A stretch of 24,419 bases of DNA. Origin: a virus. Taxonomy: Duplodnaviria > Caudoviricetes. This document shows, piece after piece, positions 18,035 to 23,499 of the stretch (its first letter is position 1; the number at the start of each line of letters is the position of its first letter). The translations under genes and the position numbers were made by a program. Where the stretch lies: IMG/VR virus record IMGVR_UViG_3300037440_000195, positions 1 to 24,419 of that record. One strand, given 5' to 3'. The notes beneath the pieces were generated by a model that was given only the letters and a program-made list of their open reading frames with translations, made no database searches and was not told the origin of the DNA.

Positions 18035-18048
18035 TCTCTGCAGAGGCT

Positions 18049-18081
18049 GGCGGCGGGTTGCTCACGAGGCGACCCGCCGCC
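18049..18081 (+). terminator. intrinsic terminator-like hairpin
   Basis: GGCGGCGGGTTGC-TCACGAG-GCGACCCGCCGCC, 14 nt after the stop codon. Confidence 0.55.
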
Positions 18082-18245
18082 TCGCTGTGCGCGTCCCTAA
18101 GCGCCCGAGAGACCGTCCGGGTGGTAGCCGACGCGGAGGACCCTGCGCGTCGCTCAGCACCCCCAGGGCTCGCCAGCGGCGGGCGGTTCTGCGGTGACTG
18201 TCGGACTGCTCGGCGCGGATGTCCGAAACTCCGCTCGCGGAACAC

Positions 18246-18307
18246 TTCCATGTGTCCCACCCAGGTGCTAGCTTTGGTCTTATCAGGAAACGGAACGAGG
18301 AGGAGCC
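18246..18307 (+). promoter_or_regulatory. cassette promoter/RBS repeat, copy 4
   Basis: TTCCAT-17bp-TAGCTT (TG extended), CTTATCAGGAAACGGAACGAGGAGG, ATG 18308. Confidence 0.8.
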
Positions 18308-18556
18308 ATGCAGATCAGCACCAGCCGCCCACTGGCAGACCAGTACGAGGTCACCGTCACCGCAGCCGGGTACGGCATCTACACCGTCCTACTCCCAGGC
18401 GGCATCACCAAGACCCTCTCCGCCGCGGGCACCGCAGCCGCCGCTGCTCTCGCGCTGGGCTGGTTCACCGGCCTCGACGCCGACGAGTGCAGCGAGGGCG
18501 ACATGGAGTACCTCGGCACCTTCGGCACCTCCGCCCACTACCGCTTCACCGTCTGA
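18308..18556 (+). CDS. hypothetical protein (82 aa)
   Basis: First gene after repeat copy 4. Confidence 0.75.
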   Translation: MQISTSRPLADQYEVTVTAAGYGIYTVLLPGGITKTLSAAGTAAAAALALGWFTGLDADECSEGDMEYLGTFGTSAHYRFTV

Positions 18557-18568
18557 GAGGACCCGGCC

Positions 18569-18763
18569 ATGACCACCAACTCCACCTTCTGCCCGCGCTG
18601 TGGCCGGAACACGTCTGCCAGCGACCACTCCCGCATCGAGCGCGCCCTCGGCAGCTTCCTGCTCACCTCCCAGATCGCCGCGCTCAGCGAGCACTTGGAC
18701 GAGGGCAAGATCAACCAGGTGTGCCCGATGTGCCTGGTCACGCTGATGGCCGAAGCAGGCTGA
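18569..18763 (+). CDS. small zinc-ribbon protein (64 aa)
   Basis: CPRC...CPMC; SD GAGGA. Confidence 0.7.
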   Translation: MTTNSTFCPRCGRNTSASDHSRIERALGSFLLTSQIAALSEHLDEGKINQVCPMCLVTLMAEAG

Positions 18764-18795
18764 CCAGCACAACGAGATCAAGAAGGAGAACGAAC

Positions 18796-18939
18796 ATGGA
18801 CATCACCGTCTACACATCCGACTATCGAGTCCAGGCGACCGAGATCGCCGAGGCCCTAGAGGACAGCGAGTACTTCGTCACCAGCGTCAAGGTGTACCGG
18901 CGCGAGACCGGCGACCTACAGGATGAGTGGGATCGATGA
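18796..18939 (+). CDS. hypothetical acidic protein (47 aa)
   Basis: MDITVYTSDYRVQATEIAEALEDSEY...; ATCAAGAAGGAG upstream. Confidence 0.7.
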   Translation: MDITVYTSDYRVQATEIAEALEDSEYFVTSVKVYRRETGDLQDEWDR

Positions 18940-19172
18940 GCCGCGTCGAGTACGAGGTGAAGGTCGCCTACGACGGGGACGACCTGATCCTGTCCCACGA
19001 GTGGCAGGGCGGCAGCATCGTCGCCACCTACGACGCCGAGGATTGGACGTCCTCCGACGCCGCAGTCGAGCTGGTCTCCAACCTGCACGACGTCCAGGTC
19101 GAGCTGGACGTATCCGCCGACATCCCAGGGGGCAAGCTGTACCTGCTCACCGAGACCGAGCCAGAAGACTAG
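18936..19172 (+). CDS. hypothetical acidic protein (78 aa)
   Basis: ATGA overlap; D/E-rich. Confidence 0.7.
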   Translation: MSRVEYEVKVAYDGDDLILSHEWQGGSIVATYDAEDWTSSDAAVELVSNLHDVQVELDVSADIPGGKLYLLTETEPED

Positions 19173-19198
19173 CGTCCGAGATCAGGAAGGAAGAAAGC

Positions 19199-19462
19199 AT
19201 GAACCAGACCAGCACCAAGCCGGACCCGGCAGTCGCCGCAGCGGAGACCTACTGGCGCAAGGCACAGGCCAAGCTGGACAGGGCCGAGCGCGAGGGCACC
19301 TCAGCCCCGATCATCGTCGCGGCGGAGGAGTCAGCCTGGAAGGCGTACGAGCAGGCATGCCGCGAGCGCGGCGTGTGCATCCGCCCGCTCTGCTACGAGC
19401 CGACTCAGTGGCACACTCATCGGCACTGCCGGACCCACCGCGAGCAGAGGGGCGAGTCGTGA
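19199..19462 (+). CDS. hypothetical protein with C-terminal Cys/His cluster (87 aa)
   Basis: ATCAGGAAGGA upstream; CIRPLC...HCRTH. Confidence 0.7.
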   Translation: MNQTSTKPDPAVAAAETYWRKAQAKLDRAEREGTSAPIIVAAEESAWKAYEQACRERGVCIRPLCYEPTQWHTHRHCRTHREQRGES

Positions 19463-19578
19463 CCTGGTTACCGGACACCGAATGGCACCAGCCGGTGGAC
19501 CCGCCATGCAACGCCGACGATGACGCCGAGGGAGCAGAGGAGTTCTTCCCCGAGCCGGACGCCGAGCCGCCATTCTGA
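19459..19578 (+). CDS. 39-aa acidic peptide ending in DAEPPF
   Basis: GTGA overlap, GAGGGG SD. Confidence 0.55.
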   Translation: MTWLPDTEWHQPVDPPCNADDDAEGAEEFFPEPDAEPPF

Positions 19579-19607
19579 AGTGGCCCCGAGAAAACCTCCT
19601 GAAAGGC

Positions 19608-19670
19608 TTCCATCCCGCCTACCCCGTCTGCTAGTTTGGAGTTATCAGGAAACGGAACGAGGAGGATCCC
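19608..19670 (+). promoter_or_regulatory. cassette promoter/RBS repeat, copy 5
   Basis: TTCCAT-18bp-TAGTTT; from CCCGTCTGCTAG to GGATCCC it is identical to copy 2; GTG 19671. Confidence 0.8.
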
Positions 19671-20051
19671 GTGAGCACATTCCAACTCAGCGCAGAGCAC
19701 AAGGGCCAGTTCTACGGCGGCGACGAGTCGATACCGCAGTCGGTCGCATTCACGCTCCGCGTCGAGACTCCCGAGCAGGCCCGAGAGGTCGCGGCCCAGT
19801 TTCCCAAGTCCTACAAGGTCAGAGGCGGAGCGATCAGTGGCATCGACAACGGTGTCTCGTACACCCGCGGACACGTCGGTTGGTCGCGGAAGCTCCTGGC
19901 GGACGGCGTCAACGGCGGCGTCAACGAGGCCGGGATCGCGGCCTACCACCGCATGGTGAAGATGCTCGACAAGCTCGGCTACGCCGTCGAGTGGGCAGCC
20001 CCCTACGCGAACAGCTACCGGACCCGGGAGCAGTTCGAGACGCACATCTGA
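19671..20051 (+). CDS. hypothetical protein (126 aa)
   Basis: Sole gene after repeat copy 5, followed by a hairpin. Confidence 0.78.
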   Translation: MSTFQLSAEHKGQFYGGDESIPQSVAFTLRVETPEQAREVAAQFPKSYKVRGGAISGIDNGVSYTRGHVGWSRKLLADGVNGGVNEAGIAAYHRMVKMLDKLGYAVEWAAPYANSYRTREQFETHI

Positions 20052-20064
20052 GCCCCAGGACGGA

Positions 20065-20092
20065 AGCGCCCCAGCCTTCGGGTTGGGGCGCT
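20065..20092 (+). terminator. terminator hairpin with cUUCGg loop
   Basis: AGCGCCCCAGCC-TTCG-GGTTGGGGCGCT. Confidence 0.65.
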
Positions 20093-20110
20093 CTCGCATG
20101 AAATACGGAC

Positions 20111-20140
20111 TGGACCGAGACGGGTGCAGGGGTCTACACT
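20111..20140 (+). promoter_or_regulatory. putative sigma-70-type promoter for the Y RNA-Ro60 locus
   Basis: TGGACC-18bp-TACACT between the terminator and the first RNA. Confidence 0.55.
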
Positions 20141-20183
20141 CCACACAGCACGACAACTGCACAGAGTCACCAACCCTAAGAAA

Positions 20184-20262
20184 GGGGAGCGGGCCGAAGC
20201 AGTTCGGTTATCGCCCTTTCAAGACGAACCAGCCGGACAAGCATTTACACGTCCGCCTCCCC
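20184..20262 (+). ncRNA. Y-RNA-like ncRNA 1 (short; Glu-UUC anticodon-arm module)
   Basis: Terminal stem GGGGAGCGGGC/GTCCGCCTCCCC with GGGCCGA...CACGTCC; inner stem GTTCGGTT/AGCCGGAC; distal TCGCC-CTTTCAA-GACGA. Confidence 0.75.
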
Positions 20263-20271
20263 GCGCTCTTA

Positions 20272-20398
20272 GAATTCGGGCCGAATGTGATCGGTTATCG
20301 CCTTTTAAGCGGGTGGTTGCGGGTTCAAGTCCCGTCAGCCTTCGGGCTGTAGCTCAATTAGAGCACCTCAATCGGTCGCTCTCACCACGTCCGAGTTC
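20272..20398 (+). ncRNA. yrlA: YrlA-type Y RNA 2 with circularly permuted tRNA domain
   Basis: GAATTCGGGC/GTCCGAGTTC stem; inner stem GTGATCGGTT/AATCGGTCGC; T-arm GCGGG-TTCAAGT-CCCGT, loop-closed acceptor CAGCC-TTCG-GGCTG, D-arm TA-GCTC-AATTA-GAGC; upstream of Ro60. Confidence 0.88.
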
Positions 20399-20410
20399 GC
20401 ATAGCAAGTA

Positions 20411-20539
20411 GGGGTGGCGGGCCGATTGCCTGTTCGGTTATCGATGGTTCGATTCCACCACGCAGGCTCCCCTCGCGGGGATTCCCTGCGTCCAGCTAGG
20501 CACGCTGGCCCGGACGAGCACCAACATGTCCGCCGCCCC
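20411..20539 (+). ncRNA. Y-RNA-like ncRNA 3
   Basis: GGGGTGGCGGGC/GTCCGCCGCCCC stem, TCGGTTATCG, T-loop TGG-TTCGATT-CCA, long ACGCAGG/CCTGCGT stem, CCAGC/GCTGG hairpin. Confidence 0.78.
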
Positions 20540-20544
20540 CATTT

Positions 20545-20615
20545 GGCAGTGTCACCCACGCTTTGTAGCGATATCTACGAGTAGAGGTGCAGGCTGGTTG
20601 GGTCAGCCCACTGCC
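20545..20615 (+). ncRNA. unknown multi-branched structured RNA in the Y RNA array
   Basis: GGCAGTG/CACTGCC closing stem enclosing CACC/GGTG, CGCT/AGCG, TCTA/TAGA and GGCTG-7nt-CAGCC. Confidence 0.45.
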
Positions 20616-20629
20616 CCCTTTCCCTGCTG

Positions 20630-20743
20630 TGAGAGTGCGGGCCGAATGTAGATCGGTTATCGCTCGGATTGCAACAGCCCACTGTGGCTGTGGGCGGGGT
20701 TCAATCTCCGCCGTCCGGTCTCGCTCCCACGTCCGCACTCTCA
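20630..20743 (+). ncRNA. Y-RNA-like ncRNA 4
   Basis: TGAGAGTGCGGGC/GTCCGCACTCTCA stem, AGATCGG/CCGGTCT inner stem, ACAGCC/GGCTGT hairpin, T-arm-like GGCGGGG-TTCAAT-CTCCGCC. Confidence 0.78.
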
Positions 20744-20761
20744 TCACAGGAAGGAAGTCCA

Positions 20762-22486
20762 GTGGATCATCTCGCTGACATCAGCACGCGGCACACGCCG
20801 CAGCGCGAGCAGGCTGACGCCCGCCAGGTCGAGAACGCGGAGGGCGGCTACGTCTTCCAGCTTGACCCGATCGGGCGGCTGCACCGGTTCCTCACCCTCG
20901 GGGTGGACCGGCCCACGTACTACGCGCACACCGACCAGGCGATGCGGGAGCTTGCCCGCGAGAACGCCCAGGTCGTAATCGACTACGCACAGCGGGATGC
21001 TCCGGCGCTTGTCGAGGCCATTCTCGCTGTCTCCGAGGCCGGGCGGGCGCCGCGGCAGCAGCCGTGCATCTTTGCCCTCGCCGTCGCTGCCTCGCTGGCT
21101 GACGAGCAGGGTCGGAAGCTGGCTCTCATCGCGCTGCCCCGCGTCTGCCGCACCGGCTACCACCTGTTCACCTTTGCCCGCTACGTGCGCCAGTTCCGCG
21201 GCTGGGGCCGGGGGCTGCGGCGCGCAGTCGGTGCCTGGTACGCGGCCCGCGACATCGTGGATCTCGCGGACGAGGGGATCGTCTACGGCAGCTCTGAGAA
21301 TGACGTGTCGGAGCTGGCCTACCAGGTGGCGAAGTACCGTCAGCGCGACGGCTTCACCCACCGGGACCTGCTCCGCCTGTCGCACGGGCACTGGCACATC
21401 CGCTCCGCGCTCTCCCCGCACTGGACTCTCGGTGAGGATCAGCGGGCGCTGTTTGAGTGGATCTGCGGCCGCGAGTCCCCGATCGACCGGCACGAGAGCC
21501 TGGAGCGCATCGTCGGCCTGCAGCTCACCAAGCAGGCTCCGCTGCGGGAGGTCCCGGCGCTGGTGCGGCGCTACGGCCTGACGTGGGAGATGCTGCCCGA
21601 CGCGGCACTCCTCGACCCGAAGGTGTGGCACGCACTGCTCGACGTCGGCGTCCCGCAGACGGCTCTGCTGCGCCAGCTCCCCCGCCTGACCCGCATCGGC
21701 CTGTTCGACCGCGGCCCGAACGACCGCACCATTCAGGTGATGGAGCAGCTCGTCGACGGGCTGCGTACCCGTAAGGCCCGCATCCACCCGGTGCAGGTAC
21801 TGACCGCGATGCGTACCTACAGTCGGGGCCACAGCACGAAGGGAAAGTCCACCTGGACTCCCTCGGGCCGGGTCGTCGACGCGCTAGACGAGATGTTCTA
21901 CGTCTCGTTCGGGAGCATCGAGCCAACCGGGAAGCGGCTCATGCTGGCGGTGGACTCCTCGGGCTCCATGTCCATGACCGACTTCACGCCGGGACACCGG
22001 AAGCTATACGACGACACCGGCCTGCTGCCCCGCGAGATCGCGGCCGCCCTGCTCATGGCCACGGCTCGGGTAGAGACCGATGCCCTGATCACCGCGTTCC
22101 GCGGCAGTCGGGGCAGCATGGACATCGCCGAGCTGGCGATCACCCCGCGGCAGCGCCTCGACGACGTGATCCGCTACCTGGAGGCCCAGCCGTTCGGCGG
22201 CACCGACTGCTCGCTGCCGATGCGGTGGGCCGAGGCAAAGCAGATCCCGGTCGACGCGTTCATCGTCTACACAGACAACGAGACGTGGGCCGGTCCCGTG
22301 CACGCGCACCAGGCACTGCAGCGGTACCGGGACGTGATGGGCATCCCCGCCCGCCTCGTCGTCGTCGGCATGACCGCGACCGGGTTCACGATCGCGAACC
22401 CGTCTGACCCGCTGTCGCTGGACGTGGCCGGATTCGACTCGGCAGTGCCGCGGCTGATCTCCGACTTCGCTCGCGGGAATCTCTGA
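20762..22486 (+). CDS. rsr: Ro60/Rsr RNA-binding protein (TROVE + vWA domains), 574 aa
   Basis: TPQ...QVENAEGGYVF, RFLTLG, RGWGRGLRRAV, KYRQRDGFTHRDLLRLSH, RIHP, MIDAS DSSGSM, GGTDCSLPM, YTDNETW, DVAGFD. True start is GTG 20762 after AGGAAGGA; the track's 20669 start lies inside Y RNA 4. Confidence 0.95.
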   Translation: MDHLADISTRHTPQREQADARQVENAEGGYVFQLDPIGRLHRFLTLGVDRPTYYAHTDQAMRELARENAQVVIDYAQRDAPALVEAILAVSEAGRAPRQQPCIFALAVAASLADEQGRKLALIALPRVCRTGYHLFTFARYVRQFRGWGRGLRRAVGAWYAARDIVDLADEGIVYGSSENDVSELAYQVAKYRQRDGFTHRDLLRLSHGHWHIRSALSPHWTLGEDQRALFEWICGRESPIDRHESLERIVGLQLTKQAPLREVPALVRRYGLTWEMLPDAALLDPKVWHALLDVGVPQTALLRQLPRLTRIGLFDRGPNDRTIQVMEQLVDGLRTRKARIHPVQVLTAMRTYSRGHSTKGKSTWTPSGRVVDALDEMFYVSFGSIEPTGKRLMLAVDSSGSMSMTDFTPGHRKLYDDTGLLPREIAAALLMATARVETDALITAFRGSRGSMDIAELAITPRQRLDDVIRYLEAQPFGGTDCSLPMRWAEAKQIPVDAFIVYTDNETWAGPVHAHQALQRYRDVMGIPARLVVVGMTATGFTIANPSDPLSLDVAGFDSAVPRLISDFARGNL

Positions 22487-22490
22487 GGCA

Positions 22491-22697
22491 ATGGACAGGC
22501 GGGCTGTTCTGGCGCGGGAGCACCACAAGTCCGCGACAGAGGCGGAGGAGCTGGCGACTGAGTACCGGTCCCGGCGCGACCGGCTGATCCGGGAGCTGTA
22601 CGCGGACGGCTTCGGCTACGGCACCCTCGCCCGGATGCTGGGCTGCTCCAAGGCGTTGATCCGCCAGGTGGTCAACCGCAGGGACGCCGACGACTAG
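22491..22697 (+). CDS. small helix-turn-helix DNA-binding protein
   Basis: RDRLIRELYADGFGYGTLARMLGCSKALIRQVV; starts 4 nt after the rsr stop. Confidence 0.75.
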   Translation: MDRRAVLAREHHKSATEAEELATEYRSRRDRLIRELYADGFGYGTLARMLGCSKALIRQVVNRRDADD

Positions 22698-22788
22698 CAT
22701 GTAGCCGTCCCGGTCTACCCGGACCTGGGGCCACGGTGGAGGCCGCGCTGCACACGAGTTGTGCGGCGCGGCCTTTACGCTGTCTGGC

Positions 22789-23214
22789 ATGCGAGAGTTC
22801 ACCACCAACCGTGACCCCATCCTGTTCAAGATCGACGACGACACGTTCATGGGGGTGCCGGACATCCCGGCTGGGAAGATGCTGGACCTGCTCAAGATGC
22901 AGCAGGACATGACGACGACCGGCGACACCGCCCGCCAGTTCGACATCGTGCTGGAGCTATTCCGGATGCTGCTCGTGCGGGAGGCTTACGCCAAGTTCGA
23001 GCGCCGCCTCAACGACCCGGACAACCCGATCGGCATGCGGACACTGGTCGAGGTCGTGCAGTGGCTACTCGGGGAGGCGTACGGCCTGCGCCCTACCCTG
23101 CCGTCGCCGTCCTCGCAGGAGCAGTCCGCGGCGTCGACGACTGGGCCACCTTCGACGGCTGGTGCGCTGCGCGAGGAGTCGAACCCCGAGGGCTCCCCTG
23201 GTCCCGGCTCCTGA
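22789..23214 (+). CDS. tail assembly chaperone (G-like)
   Basis: PILFKIDDDTF...F.RRL.DPDNPI...V.WLLGEAYGLRPT plus low-complexity tail; upstream of tape measure. ATG 22789 preferred; TACGCT 7 nt upstream and no SD suggests a leaderless start. Confidence 0.8.
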   Translation: MREFTTNRDPILFKIDDDTFMGVPDIPAGKMLDLLKMQQDMTTTGDTARQFDIVLELFRMLLVREAYAKFERRLNDPDNPIGMRTLVEVVQWLLGEAYGLRPTLPSPSSQEQSAASTTGPPSTAGALREESNPEGSPGPGS

Positions 23215-23495
23215 ACCTGGTCCACTACTTCCTGCTGGCGAACAACGACAAGGAGGGGCGGGCGAAGGTGGAGCAGGCCCTAGCGACGGCTCAGAGCGAG
23301 TGGGCTCGACGCCAGATCCGCGCCGAGCTGAACCGCCCCGGAGCTCCCACGCGACCGGCTACGCCGACCCCACGCCCCGGAACGACCGGCCGCAGCGCCC
23401 GACTGCCAACTCCGCCCGCGTGGTGGAAGGGCGACGAGGACGCCACCAGGTCCAGCCTGGTCGCCGCGCAGCAGCTCCGCCAGGTAGGCAGGTGA
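23088..23495 (+). CDS. tail assembly chaperone extension (T-like, -1 frame; likely programmed frameshift)
   Basis: The -1 frame reads APYPAV...WATFDGW...LPWSRLLNLVHYFL...PPAWW and overlaps the chaperone tail. Exact 5' boundary uncertain. Confidence 0.65.
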   Translation, partial: APYPAVAVLAGAVRGVDDWATFDGWCAARGVEPRGLPWSRLLNLVHYFLLANNDKEGRAKVEQALATAQSEWARRQIRAELNRPGAPTRPATPTPRPGTTGRSARLPTPPAWWKGDEDATRSSLVAAQQLRQVGR

Positions 23496-23499
23496 CTGA

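Noticed and set aside
12491-19670. Repeats as CRISPR array or integron attC sites
   Set aside because: Spacing is kilobases, the repeats are non-palindromic with promoter/SD architecture, and no cas or integrase gene is present.
20205-20213. Shared TTATC between the Y RNA motif and the promoter repeats
   Set aside because: Only 5-6 nt, same orientation so no pairing, and chance cannot be excluded.
20297-20365. Functional tRNA-Lys gene
   Set aside because: Halves are in permuted order and the acceptor is only 5 bp and closed by a UUCG loop, so there is no chargeable 3' end.
20492-20508. Ala(GGC) anticodon arm in Y RNA 3
   Set aside because: Loop TAGGCAC lacks the invariant U33 and lies at the D-arm position.
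20083-20778. Short ORFs in the track across the ncRNA region, and the 20669 start for Ro60
   Set aside because: They overlap extensively base-paired RNA elements and lack SD support; the Ro60 N-terminal motif begins after GTG 20762.
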